64,000 bases of DNA. It comes from Octopus sinensis. Lineage: Eukaryota. Location: contig NC_043004.1 of the NCBI RefSeq assembly GCF_006345805.1, positions 79,174,001 to 79,238,000 of the forward strand. The letters run 5' to 3'. Below, piece by piece: positions 25,191-38,662 of the stretch. Position 1 is the stretch's first letter. Every line of letters begins with the position of its first letter. The notes under the pieces were generated by a model. That model did no database searches. It was not told the DNA's origin and was given only the letters and a program-made list of their open reading frames with translations. Made by a program: the position numbers and the translations under genes.

Positions 25191-25619
25191 ATCCCAATTT
25201 CTATTCCTGTATGTTATATATTTTAATAATTATTGATATCTTTATATATTTTATATGTAAAGCATACGTTATATATGTATGTATATTCTTGTAATTGTCA
25301 ATTTAGTAAATAAATATATAAATAAAATGAAGTAATATAATGTCTAAAAGTTGATCCCCTCCATTTTCTTATTGCTCTATAAATTAAAGGCAAATTAACT
25401 CTTTACCCTCACCCATTTATTACACTCGGTAATGTAATTTCAATGCAATAAAAAAACACTTGTGTATTAATAATTGGGTAGTCTACCAGTAGTACATTGG
25501 ATTGATATTATCCCTTAGTTGGTTGGATTCACAACTTCTAACTTTCTTGGAATATACATACACACAAACATATATATATATTTATTTAAAAATGTAGAGG
25601 TAACGCACAAGTAGATATT

Positions 25620-26577
25620 TATGAAAAAAAGGACGAAAATGCTACTTTTTAAAAATTAGGTACATTTAAATTTCTTTATATAAATACATTAAAAAAAGGT
25701 TTTTGTTATGCATGTTTCGGTTGTTTATAAACCTTATCAAAAATATTTACTTAAATGAAATATGTAGTGAAAAAAAATTATTAATAAAACAAACGTTCAA
25801 GTACACTTTCTGTATTTAAGAGATAATGGTTAGGGCAGCGGACTCGCAGTCGGAGGATCGCAGTTTCGATTCCCAGACCGGGCGTTGTGTGTGTTTATTG
25901 AGTGAAAACACCTAAAGCTCCACGAGGCCCCGACAGGGGGTGGTGGCGACCCCTGTTGTACTCTTTCGCCCCAACTTTCTCTCATTCTTTCTTCCTATTT
26001 CTTGTCCCCGACTGCCTACGCAACCGCTGAGCCCGGATGCGCATTCATCCATTCGTCGATGCTCTCGGTGTCGGGGGGTTGACCTGCTTTCTCTTCTGCG
26101 GGTCTTACGAATAGCAAAGGACCACATTTCGGACTTCTCTCATCTTGCAAGCTCTGGGACGAAGACCGTTCGCTCAACAGCAACAGCAACTGCAGCGTCA
26201 GCAATAATACTCGTCGTAAACTTATCTCCCCTGAGGTCTTCACAGAAATGGATTTATTCAACCTCTGATCTTTATTTCTTATAAATCATATACATATAGT
26301 TTCAGTGTTTCGAGCTTAAAGAATTTAGATTCGATACTTTATGAAATGCATTTCCTCGCTAATGCGTTCCCTTGCAGGAAAAAGAAAAGTACACTATGAA
26401 CATTTATTTTATTAATAACTTTATTAATTATTTTTCTCTACATATTTCATTTAAGTGAATATGTTTGATAAGGTTTATAAATAACCGAAACATGTAAAAC
26501 AAAAAAGTTTTTTAAATGTTTTTATATAGAGAAATTTAAATGAACCTAATTTTTAAAAAGTAGCATTTTCGCCCTTC

Positions 26578-26583
<6 letters not shown>
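25620..26583. mobile_element. Long-TIR non-autonomous DNA element (Tc1/mariner-like, TA flanks) interrupted by a SINE
   Basis: About 185-bp imperfect inverted arms at 25620-25800 and 26397-26583 (gaaaatgctactttttaaaaattagg / cctaatttttaaaaagtagcattttc). Confidence 0.75.
25827..26190 (+). mobile_element. SINE family C head with alternative 3' tail (C')
   Basis: Head as in the 6639 copy; tail tgtccccgactgcctacgcaacc..gggacgaagaccgttcgctcaacagcaac is shared with 56213. Confidence 0.85.
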
Positions 26584-26623
<40 letters not shown>

Positions 26624-26625
26624 AA

Positions 26626-27008
26626 GGAGTGGCTGTGTAGTAAGTAGCTTGGGGTTCAGTCCCACTGCGTGGCATCTTGGGCAAGTGTCTTCTAGCTATA
26701 GCCTCGGGTCGACAAAAGCCTTGTGAGTGGATTTGGTTGACGGAAACTGAAAGAACGCCGTCATATATATATATATATATATATCCTTGTGTGTGGGTGT
26801 TTGTGTGTCTGTCTCACCCTCCCACCCACCAACATCGCTTGACAAACGACGCTGGTGTATTTACGTCCCCGTAACCTAGCGGTTCGGCAAAAAGATAACC
26901 GATAGAATAAGTACTAGGCTTACAAAGTTCTGGGGTCGATTTGCTCTACTAAAAAGCGGTGCTCCAGCATGGCTGCAGTCAAATGACTGAAACAAATAAA
27001 AGGATAAA
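26626..27008 (+). mobile_element. SINE family B
   Basis: ggagtggctgtgtagtaag head through gactgaaacaaataaaagga tail. Confidence 0.85.
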
Positions 27009-27057
27009 AGAATGTGTGTGTGTGCGCGCGTTGGTGTGTGTGTGTGTGCGCGCGTTG

Positions 27058-27101
<44 letters not shown>

Positions 27102-28071
27102 TACAGACAAACAGACAGACAGTAAGTAATTATACACACACACAAAGCTAGATCGTGATTTAATTACTTGCATTTGGTGATTGTATGTAGGGGGGGCTGT
27201 GTGTACATATGTGTGTGTGTGCATGTATGTGTGTGCGTGTGTGTGTGTGTGCATGTGTGTGCATGTGTGTGCGTGTGTGGGGGATGTGGCTGTGTGTGCA
27301 TATGTGTGTGGGGGGTGCTTTTTGTATTGATAATGAGATAGATAAATTAGATAGAGGGGATTTAATGGCGGGTAGCGTTGGATTAAGAGGGGAAAACACC
27401 TGGTAACGACCCTCTCTTGATGATGTGTCAAGGGTCAAGGGAAGCTACCCATAGGACAACTATGAAAAGATTTCGACTTCCATTCTCATCGATGCGATGA
27501 GATATAAGACTAATCAGATCATTGATTGATTATTTCTCTCACCTTCCCTCTCCACTCCTATCAATATACTCCGAGTTGTCTGAATAACATTAAAAGGTAG
27601 GAGCTCTTTAGTGGCATAACTACACTTTGGTGCCCCACCTCGACTTGCTTTCTAATACATGCATTTTCATAAATGAAATTTTAAAGAGATACGTAAGTGA
27701 AGATTACGAATATATTGATAGGCTTTATGCTTTTTGTTTCTGTCTTTAACAAGTTTTTGATCATTCGCAACTTCCTGCTCTCGATTTTGTTTCCTCGTTG
27801 CATTCACGATCGCTAGATCGTGGGTTCGATTCCCGAACCTGGCTATGCGTTATGTTATTAAGCAAACCACTTCATTTTACAATCTTCCGGTCCACTCGGC
27901 TATGACTGAGTAACCCTGCGACCACTGGGCGCCCATTCTGAGGGAGGGCGTTGTGATCTCGTCTCGGTCAAGACACCATGGACACCGAGTGACCGGTCTT
28001 ATGTATCGAACAACTCGAGACAGAACTTATTATAATTCTCTTTAAAATTTATATTTTTAAAGAACATTTTG

Positions 28072-28225
28072 CTGTGTGGTAAGAAGCTTGCTTCTGAACC
28101 AATGGTTCCAGGTTCAGTCCCGCTGCATGGCACTTTGGGCAAGTGTCTTCTACTATAGCTTCTGGCTGACCAAAGCCTTGTGAGTGAATTTGGTAGGCGG
28201 AAACCGAAAGAAGCCCGTCGTATAC

Positions 28226-28263
<38 letters not shown>

Positions 28264-28919
28264 ATCTATGTGTATGTGTCTTTTTGTCTGTATTTGCCCA
28301 CCCCCCGTCACCGCTTGATAACTGGTGGTGTTGTGTTTACGTCTTCGTAATTAAGCGGTTCAGCAAAAGAGACCGATAGAATAAGCACTACGCTTAAAAT
28401 GATAAGTCCTGAGATCGATTTCTTTCTACCAAAACCCTTCAAGGCCTGAAACAAGTAAAAGAGTGAATGGCATTTCGGTAGGTTTCGAGAATCTAGATTA
28501 CATTAACATTCATAAAACTTACAAAACAAATTTTTTCGAATGGATTACGGATCGTCCTGCCTGCCTTCCTTCCTTCCTTCCTTCCTGCCTTCCTTCCTTC
28601 CTTCCTTCCTTCCTTCCTTCCTTCTACCATCGTCGCCTGACGCTCATCCTTCCTTTCTTTTCTTAGTATTTTGCATCCCTTTTTTGTTTTTCTTATATGC
28701 ATGTGTTTGAAAGACCAACCTCGAAAATGTATTTCTGCAAAATATAGCTAACGTATAGGCGCATGCGTAGCTGTATGGTAAGAAATTTGTTTCCCAACCA
28801 CATAGTTCCAGGTTCGGTCCCACTGCTTGGCACCTTGGGCAAGTGTCTTCTACTATAGCCTCGTGCCGACCAAAGCCCTGTGAGTGGATTAAGTAAATGG
28901 AAACTGAAAGAAACCTGTC

Positions 28920-28965
<46 letters not shown>

Positions 28966-29080
28966 ACGTGATCACCGTGACCGACCAGGCTATCAGATGT
29001 TGCAACACATCGCTGGTCACAATGCGCTTCGCATTGCTTTAGCCTTCAAATGACGCCACGCCGCTGGTTAAGCGAGCAGG

Positions 29081-29133
<53 letters not shown>

Positions 29134-29941
29134 GTGTGTGTATGTATGTATGTATGTATGTATGTATGTATGTATGTATGTACTTGTGTGTCTGAGTCTG
29201 TATCACCACCATCACTTGTCAACCGATGTTGGTGTGTTTACTACGTTCCCCGTAACTTAGCAGTTCGGCAAAAGAGTCCGATAGAATAAGTACTAGCTAG
29301 AAAAAAGAATAAGTCCTGGGGTCAATTTGCTCGACAAAAGGCGATGCTCCAGCATGGCCGCATTCAAATGACTGAAACAAGTAAAAGAATACAAGAATGT
29401 GTGTGTGTGTGTGTGTGTGTGTGTCTTTGTGCCGGTGTCCTCCACCAAAGCGTGACAAACGGTGTTGGCGTGTTTACGTCCCCGTAAATTAGCAGCTCGG
29501 GAAAGCGGCCGATAGAATTGACTCCAAGTTTTTTTAAAAATAATTAGGTACTGGATAGTTAGGTCATTCGACTAAACAAAAAAATTCAAGGCGGTACCCC
29601 AGCATGGCCGCAGTCTAATTGACTGAAACAAGTGAAAGAGATGAAAGATGTACCTATGGATGTATGGATAGGTGGATGTAGGCGTGACTGTGTGGTTAGA
29701 AATTTGCTTCCCAACCACATGGTTCTGGGTTCAGTCCCACTGTGTGGCACCTTAGGCAAGTGTCTTCTATTATAGCCCTGGGACGACCAATCACAAGTGA
29801 ATTTGATAGACAAAAACGTTGCGAGGAAAGCTGTCATCTTTACCTGTGTATCTATCTATACTTTCATCAATCCATCCCTCTGTCTGCCTGTCTGTGTGTG
29901 TGTGTGTGTGTCTGTTTATCAATCTTTCTATCTATCTATCC

Positions 29942-29986
<45 letters not shown>

Positions 29987-30283
29987 CCTATCTATATATC
30001 TATCTATCTATCTATCAGTCTGTCTGTCTGTCTGTCTATTTATCTGTGTGTGTGTGTATGCTTATGCGTACGTGTCCTTGTCCCTATGCTTAACCCTCCA
30101 CACACGCCAATGCTTGACAATCGGTGCTGGCTTGTTTACGTTCTCATAACATTAGCGGTTCGACAAAACAGACCGACAGAATAAGTATGTAACTTTTGAA
30201 AGAAAACATCGGCCGGTTTGTCTGAAGCCCTTCAAAGCAGTGCCCAAGCATAGCCGCAGTCTAATGACTGAAACAAGTAAAAA
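28072..30283 (+). mobile_element. Cluster of three to four tandem family B SINEs, each with an internal microsatellite
   Basis: Heads at about 28072, 28763 and 29680; repeated ccagcatggccgcagtc..gactgaaacaag tails. Confidence 0.85.
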
Positions 30284-30529
30284 AATAATGATATAATCGT
30301 AATGCACAACTTCGAAAACGCAACCCTGTAAAATTTCCAGAAAATAGGCATCATATCAGAAAATTATGCAGAAACAAGAACGGTGGGGCCCTAATGTGTA
30401 CATATACGCCTCCGGCTTCGTATTGAGTAACGAAAAGAGATTGTCGTCTTTACCACGTTTCTTTCACATTGCAACAAGTTTCATGGTGATTACATTCTGA
30501 TTTATACTCCTAGGTGAACAAATGGACGT

Positions 30530-32304
30530 CACGAAGGGGAGACGAACTTAATCGAGTCCCCCTTCATTTGTCGTCTGCTGTGTTATCCCCACGGCTAAGC
30601 CCTAGCTCGCTCTCTAAAGAATGCGTGTGTTTGTGTGTTCGTTCCGGCGCATTCTACTCACACGCGCATGAACATACGCACGCACGCACGCACAACGAAG
30701 TGATGGGTTTCGTGTGAACGCATGCTTAGCATGAACCAGGAAAGGCGAGGAATTCTTTTGGGTGGGGAGAAGAAAATTAAGAATTTCGGTAAAGTTTACA
30801 GATAACAGCGGTCGTTGTTCCTGCCAAGCATTAAAATCATAAAGAAACTTTGCTTTATTTTATTTCATTTTTACTTATTATCAATGTGATTCTTTTTCTT
30901 GTTAAGGCAGCGAGCCGGCAGAATCGTTTGCACGCCGGGCCAAATGCTTAGCGGCATTTCGTCCGTATTTACATTCTGAGTTCAAATTCCGCTGAGGTCG
31001 ATTTTATCCTTTTGACGTCGATAAAATGAGTACCAGTCGAGCACTGGGGTCGATGTAATCTTATCCCCTCCCCTCCCTTGATTTTGCTGGTCTTGTGCCT
31101 ATAGTAGGAAGGATTATTTTTATTATTAATATGACAACTTTGCGAGAAAAAAAAAACATCATCATTCAGCGAAACGAAACAATGCGCTATTATTGTTTTA
31201 TATTTTTTAAACAACTTAAGAAGCAACCACTTCGCTATCTCAGCAACAAACATTTCAGTTTGACCAAAAATACAGTTGTTATTATATATTAAGAAAGAGA
31301 GGGGGAGTGAAACAGAGAGAGGGGGTGAAACAGAGAGAAGGGGGTGAAACAGAGAGAGAGGGAGAGGTTCACACAATGAATATAAAATGAATAAAGGCGG
31401 AGAGAAACAGGTTTAGGGGTTGTTTTTTTTTCGTTTGTTTCTACAGATTTTTTTTTTTGCAAGTTAAATTGAAAATCAAAATTATAAGCAAAAACAGAAA
31501 GAAAAATTTACATTCAAATACTCACTCTTTTCCTTGAATCTTTTAATTATATTTTTTTCCATTTTCATATAAAAAAAATATTTTGTCTTTCTGTAAACTT
31601 CAGTACTAATTCTTTTACACCAATTTCTCGTCTTATTCTGTAACTCGTTCCCTCCCACAATTCCACCCCACTCCTCTTTCACTCTCTTTATCTCTCTCTC
31701 TCTTTCTCTCTCATTAACCTCACATCCCCGCTCTCTTTCTTCTCTCTGTCTCTCATCATCTTTACATCTCCGTTCTTTTTCTTTTTTCTTTCTTTCTTTC
31801 TTTCTTTCTTTCATTATCCTTACATCTCCCTTCCCCCATCTTTCCCCTCTCATTATCGTTACAACTCCTCCTCCTCCTCCTCCTCCTCCTCATTTCTCTT
31901 CTTCTTCCTCTCTTTTGCTCTCTCGTTCTTTCACTGCCAGATTACCAAAACAAACCCCTCACCCTCCCAACACCCGTCCTTCCCCCTCCCTCCCTCCCTC
32001 CCTCCCTCCACACTTCCACTGTCTTCTCCCTCCCCCACATTCTTTCTCTAACTCTTCGTAGTAGTAAAAAAAATAAAAAAAAAGAAAGAAAGAAAGAAAA
32101 GAAAAGAAATCAAAAAGAAAGCCATTTCTAGGAGGACTTATGCGAGCGAGCGTTTTCTGGCGACCAGCTCCGTTGGTGTATGCCACCCTGCAACCAACTA
32201 AACAGCAGACGTGCTGCTAACAACAACGTCGAGGAAAAGTTGAATTACCAAATTATATTTCTCGACATAAGTCAAAATTGTACAGTTTAGGACACACCAA
32301 CATT
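30530..32304 (+). promoter_or_regulatory. Candidate promoter/5' UTR for the downstream collagen transcript
   Basis: CpG-richer unique blocks (30530-30760 and 32120-32240) and a long TC-rich tract (about 31660-32050) upstream of ATG 32305. No clear TATA box. Confidence 0.3.
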
Positions 32305-32478
32305 ATGTCTGTGACTATACCAAATGGAGAATTAATTCGACTCGTTGTTTTATCTGTTTTAATTTTCTCACCTGCTGTAATTTTAAGTCAAGATTTCGAA
32401 CCTGTTTATCTGCAGGGTGATCCTGGTGAGCGCGGACCAAGTGGCCCCGTCGGACCACCTGGCAAAGATGGCAAGCCG
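32305..32478 (+). CDS. Collagen exon: signal-peptide-like leader (32305-32415) plus seven Gly-X-Y triplets (32416-32478)
   Basis: MSVTIPNGELIRLVVLSVLIFSPAVILSQDFEPVYLQ-GDPGERGPSGPVGPPGKDGKP, GTAAGT donor. The Gly-X-Y part is near certain; use of the leader is less so because ctgcAG at 32414-32415 is also a good acceptor. Confidence 0.8.
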
Positions 32479-32619
32479 GTAAGTTAACATTTTTATTTGA
32501 TTTTATTTCATCGAATAAATAAATAAATGTCTGTATATATATATATAAAAAAAAATTTTTTAAATACATATATATGAATGTGAATTACATCCATCCATCC
32601 GTCTATCTATCAATCTATC

Positions 32620-33020
32620 TATCTATCTATCTATCTATATACGTACGTACATACATACATACATACATACATACATACATACATACATACATACATACAT
32701 ACATACATACACACGGCACGCACTACCTATATATACACACATACATACATACATGTGTACATACGTACGTACATACATACATACATACATACATACATAC
32801 ATACATACATACATACATACATACACACGGCACGCACTACCTATATATACACACATACATACATACATGTGTACATACGTACGTACATACATACATACAC
32901 ACATACATACACACATACATACATACATACATACATACATACATACATACATACATACATACATACATACATACATACATACATACATACATACATACAT
33001 ACATACATACATACGTATGC
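32620..33020. repeat. (CATA)n array with an internal duplicated unit (acacacggcacgcactacc..)
   Basis: Unit seen at about 32709 and 32823. Confidence 0.92.
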
Positions 33021-33384
33021 ATTCTTTTATTCTACGTTTCAGCCCAAAGGCTTTGGCCATGCTGGGGCACCGCCATTCTAACGATTGTGCCAGCTAATCA
33101 AAATATTCGGTGTCATAAATCCATTACAGCCACCCGTTCTTACCGACTGCGAAACCGATTTCTAAAATCAGCTGTAATGGATCTATCATACTTTGATTAA
33201 GATACCCCACCTCGATTGCCGACAAATATACGGGTGCATATTTTTTACTGACTTGTGGATTCGTAGACGTCTATTACATACATACATGCATACATGCATA
33301 CATACATACATACATACAACATACATACATACATACATACAGACATACATGTATGTCTGTATGTATGTACGTATGATCAGTTGG

Positions 33385-33575
33385 TTGGTGAGATATATGT
33401 CCATGTGTGACTGAACCTTCTTGTCGCTTCGACGAATGAGAGTTCCACGGGACACAGCTGTACAGCGTTCCTTGTTTGGCGATTTGTCGTGTCGTCTCAT
33501 GTGAGAATAGAGACCTAACCAGGATTTGCAGATCCTGTTGCAGACGTTGCGGTGCGCAGTGGTGGTCACCGTCAG
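33385..33575 (-). mobile_element. RTE-type LINE 3' end with C2H2 zinc finger remnant
   Basis: HRNVCNRICKSWLGLYSHMRRH matches C-x2-C-x12-H-x3-H with the first Cys mutated (TGC>CGC). Confidence 0.6.
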
Positions 33576-33919
33576 ATGTCAAGATATAGTTGTTGTTTTT
33601 TTTTGTTTTTTTGTTGTTTTTTTCTTAGAATTTATTTTATTACTTGTCAGAATGGTGAAAGTGAGAGGAGAAAAAAAAAGAGAGAAAGAAAAAGAAAAAA
33701 TAACAAGTATTATTAAGTAGTGATATGATGAAATATTGTCAGATTTGATAGTTTTGACTATGTTCTCTAAGAACAGGTTAATATAAGTTTTGCTTTATGG
33801 ACGGTATTCTTTCGGTATAGGACTATAAAATGAAAGTGGAAAATTATCATAGGCGTTCAGCGTTGAAATATTGAAAAGAAGAATTGGATATTTTCTTACA
33901 ATCAGAATTGTTACCTTGA

Positions 33920-33975
<56 letters not shown>

Positions 33976-34048
33976 CCAAGGCACATACCCAAGTCACACA
34001 GAGCTGCGCTCGGTAGTGAAGTGTAAACACGCTATAAAAATAAAACTA

Positions 34049-34103
<55 letters not shown>

Positions 34104-34432
34104 GTGGCTGTGTGGTAAAAAGCTAGCTTCCCAACCAAATGGTTCCGGGTTCAGTCCCACTGCGTGACACCTTGGGCAAGTGAGTGGATTTGGTAGACGG
34201 AAACTGAAAGAAGCCTGTCGTATATATATGTGTGCGTGTGGGCTTGTCCTTCATCACCACTTGTTGGTGTGTTTATGTCTCCATAACTTAACAGTTCGGT
34301 AATAGAGATCGATAGAGTAAGTGGGAAGCTGGCTAAAAAAAAAAGTATTGGAGTCGATCCATTCGACTTAAAATCCTTGAGTGCGCTGCCCCAGCATGGC
34401 CGCAGTCTAATGACTGAAACAAATTAAAGAAA
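34104..34432 (+). mobile_element. SINE family B
   Basis: Family B head and tail following (AAT)n. Confidence 0.82.
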
Positions 34433-35526
34433 AATAAAAAGAAATGAAAAAAGTTTCAAATAAGTGAGGTGGGAGGGATTTTTAAAAATTTAAATGTTCT
34501 TTTTCTTTTTTCTTTCTATTTTGCGCGTGGTGAGGGATGGTGGTCGTGGAGGGGTGGGGGCAAAATCATAAAATCCGTTGTTAAAAACAGGAATCAGAAG
34601 TGATTTTTGAAAATAAAATAAAATTAAATTAAATTAAATAATTAGAAAGCTGACTTTGCGGGGTGAAAGTAGTTTCGGTTTCCTACTTGGGACGTAACCC
34701 TTACATGTTATCGAATAAATATTTCCACTTTCAATTTGTGGTCACAAACCGAAAGAATGCCCAATCGATCTAATCAGCAATTTTGTTCCCGCGAAGCAAA
34801 AGGAACGTCGTTGTACCAAAGAATACAATTCTTACTTTCCACAACCTCGTTTCGTCGACCGAGGGTTAAAACGTAGCAGCCGTCTACTTGAAGTGATAAA
34901 TTTCATGTTTCTCATAGCATGGCTTCTGTATATATATATATATAATCATATCAAAGGGAAATGGAAATTAATAGAAATTTTCACTTCCAGTGGCCTAGCG
35001 TGTAAAAATTTAGTCCAAAGACTATGTATTAATCATAAAATACAGTGAACATTTAAACACATTAGGAATCCACTCATGGGATTCAACATGCTAGAAAGAA
35101 CAGCTAGGTTCTATAACCACAAAATTAGGGATATGTCGAACAGGAACGAAATGAAAAATTAAAAACATTTTACCATCTGATTATGTATATATTGTATGAG
35201 GTTGGTTGGTACAATATTCATCTTCGTTCATATTATATTTCGTTTTCAGTTGAGAAACATTATACATACCGGCACATTTAGTTTTTAGCTGAGAGAGTCT
35301 GAGAGTCTGAAAATCGTAGATCAACAAACACGTGTTGTTTCGGAGAACCAGTGTAAATAGTTGATGTCTAAAGAATCAAATGTAAGGAAATGTAAGGGAG
35401 GAATGTAAATGTTCCAAGTTACACTGCTTCCATTGTTTATTGAAGAAATCTCCAGCTTACCCTTGTTGCTTATTGTTGAACAGTCGTACATACATACATA
35501 CATACATACATACATACATACATACA

Positions 35527-35560
<34 letters not shown>

Positions 35561-35724
35561 CATACATACATACATACAAACGTTCGTGTGTGTGTGTGTA
35601 TGCGCGCGGAAGCATTTGTCTATGTGTAAATTTTGCATAAGTTTTATTTGTGAAACATTAAAAAGCAATTTTGATTATGTATGTTTGTATACATATATGT
35701 AAGTATATATATATAAATATATGT

Positions 35725-35841
35725 AATTATAAATTAGGGTATCTACGAGATACCACCATGCTGAAAATAGCAGCCATAGAGTCAGATCATGACTGCTATT
35801 TTCAACATGGTGGTATCTCGTAGATACCCTAATTTATAATT
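35725..35841. repeat. 49-bp near-perfect inverted repeat (48/49) with 19-nt loop
   Basis: Arms 35725-35773 and 35793-35841; single mismatch C35761/A35805. Confidence 0.95.
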
Positions 35842-35961
35842 TTAATAATTATTACCTTTGAAGGTTATTATTTTCCATGCTGACCACTTGATAAAATCGT
35901 TGTTTTATTTTTAAATTAACGATCTTATCCTTATTTATATATATATATGTGTATGTATATA

Positions 35962-36038
<77 letters not shown>

Positions 36039-36274
36039 GTGTGTGTGTCTGTCGGTGTGCGTGTCTGTGTGTCGGTATGTGTGTGTTTGTGTTGAGTGGC
36101 GGCCCAGATTTTGATTCTCTGTAGCGTCTTGGAGGGCCTTTTCCCCGTCTATTAGGGGATTCTAACCAATCCTCTTAGCTGTCTTCACATCTATTCCCCA
36201 GCGATCAACATTTGCTCCATTTCTAAAATACCATCTCGACGCTTCAATGTTTGTTTATAAAAATGGTCTCATTT

Positions 36275-36500
36275 ATACATACATACATACATACATACAT
36301 ACATACACACATACACACATACATACATACATACATACATACATACACACATACACACATACATACACACATACATACATACATACATACATACATACAT
36401 ACATACATACATACACACATACATACATACACCATACATACATACATACATACATACATACATACATACATACATACATACATACATACATACATACATT
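36275..36500. repeat. (CATA)n array
   Basis: Direct reading. Confidence 0.95.
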
Positions 36501-37760
36501 TAGAAATCCGCAGTTACTCTATCTAGATTACAAGCTCATGTTTATACCTGTAATTATTGGGGCGTGGGATATGTAACACACTGCCTAAATACCAATCTTG
36601 AGAAATTAGGCTTCTCAAAATCAGAAAGGAGAAAGCTAATTCGAAGACTACAGATCAAATCCATCACTGGAACTGTAAAAATCTGTAAAACTTTCCAGAA
36701 GTTTATCATTTAAATATATATGTGCAGGTCTTTATATGCAACTATATGCATGAGATTACATACATAAAACAAAGCATTGAAATCTGCACGTATACAAACA
36801 TGCATACATACATACAAACATGCATACATACATACATACATACATACATACATACATACATACATAAATACACACGTGCACATACATACATACATACATA
36901 CAAACAAACAAACAAACAAACAAACAAACCCACCCTGTTGCTGATGTTGAAATTGCAACGAAGGAACCTTGGATCTATGTTGGATCTATGTTAGATACCG
37001 ATTCTTTCTCTATTGCTTGGAAGTCTTGAAATAAACTGTATAATGACATACATACATATGTGTGTGGCGGGGACATTGTATGTATGCAACATGCACATAC
37101 ACACTAAAATTTGTTCAGATAGACATCTACCAATGCACAGGTGCATCGCTGTTTTATAATTATTATTATTATTATTATTATTATCTCATTTTCTACAGCA
37201 CATTGCTGCATCTCTGATTAATGACTTAAATATTAATTACTATCTCGTAAATGACAATATCATGACGAAGCTTCCTTTACGGTATACACGCCTATTGACT
37301 AACTACACAACTATTTTAATGTAATCGATCAGCGTTCTAATCTGGGGCTGGGCGGCCGTACGTGTATGAACGTAGCGTTTACATATGCACACACCTACAT
37401 AGTGCATACATGCATGTATACTGACAAATATACAAACACACGAACGTGCAGGCATACGTGTATTTGTGTGTGTGTGTGTGAATATATATACAAACATAAT
37501 GGACGTATATATTTACTTATGTTACACATATATATGCATATATGTATATTTATATGTGCGTGTATATATATATATATATATACACACACATATCTATACA
37601 CTTGCATGTACACAGATATTCAGACACCCATACATGCATACATGCATATATACATACATACATACATACATACATACATACATACATACATGAATACATA
37701 CATACATACATACATACATACATACATACATACATACATACATACATACATACATACATA

Positions 37761-37926
37761 CAGGGCCGGTCCCAGGGTTGCTGGCGCCCCGGGCAAGCTG
37801 AACCTCGGCGTGTACAAGCTGAAGGTCGTGGAAATTTCCTTGTCTTTGTCACGCCCTCCTTGGAGCCCCCTAGCACATGGCGCCCCGGACGACTGACCGA
37901 GTTGCCGGTGCCTTGAGCCGGCCCTG
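37761..37926. mobile_element. hAT-like MITE, 166 bp, GC-rich
   Basis: Termini CAGGGCCGG..CCGGCCCTG, subterminal GGCGCCCCGG twice, CATACATA on both sides (8-bp TSD inside a CATA array). Confidence 0.8.
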
Positions 37927-38631
37927 CATACATATATACATACATATATACATACATGTATACATAGGTACAAGTTATCAAATGAAGAGTAAAATTTTAT
38001 AAAACTTTCCAAAAGTCTATTACTTAAGTATAGTGCATGTCTAGACATGCAACCATATGCATGGGGATGCATACATAAAACAAAACATACACATCTGCAC
38101 ACGCATTGACCCCCAAATACTGCACACACGCACACAAACATGCACAAGTGCCCTGTTGATGAAGGAACCTTGGATCTCGGTTAGAAATCGGGTCTATATA
38201 TTGGCAAGAAAACACACGGACACACAGACACACAGAGTTGTGTGTCTGTGTGTACGTGTCTGTGTGTTCTTGTAATGCAAATAAGCTGACTTACACATGT
38301 TTGATAGAGATAGACAAAGTCCTGTGTGTAAAAAAAAGACCCCAGAAATGTCTTTCTGCCGGATGACAGGCGGAAACTGGTCGACTAGTTTCCATTGGTT
38401 GTTGTCGTTTAATCACGTGCATGTTGTTTCTCCGCGTGTTCATTCCACTGAATGGGGGGAACTCACTTCTAGGTATTTGCCAAAAATGTTACGAGCAACA
38501 CTCACACAACTTTTAGTCATTTGACTTATTTGCATATCTAATTTTATGCATGCCAATCTGTTTATCTCTCTATCCATCTATCTATCTATCTATCACTCTC
38601 TTTATATGTTTACATGTAAAATATGTGTGTG

Positions 38632-38662
<31 letters not shown>

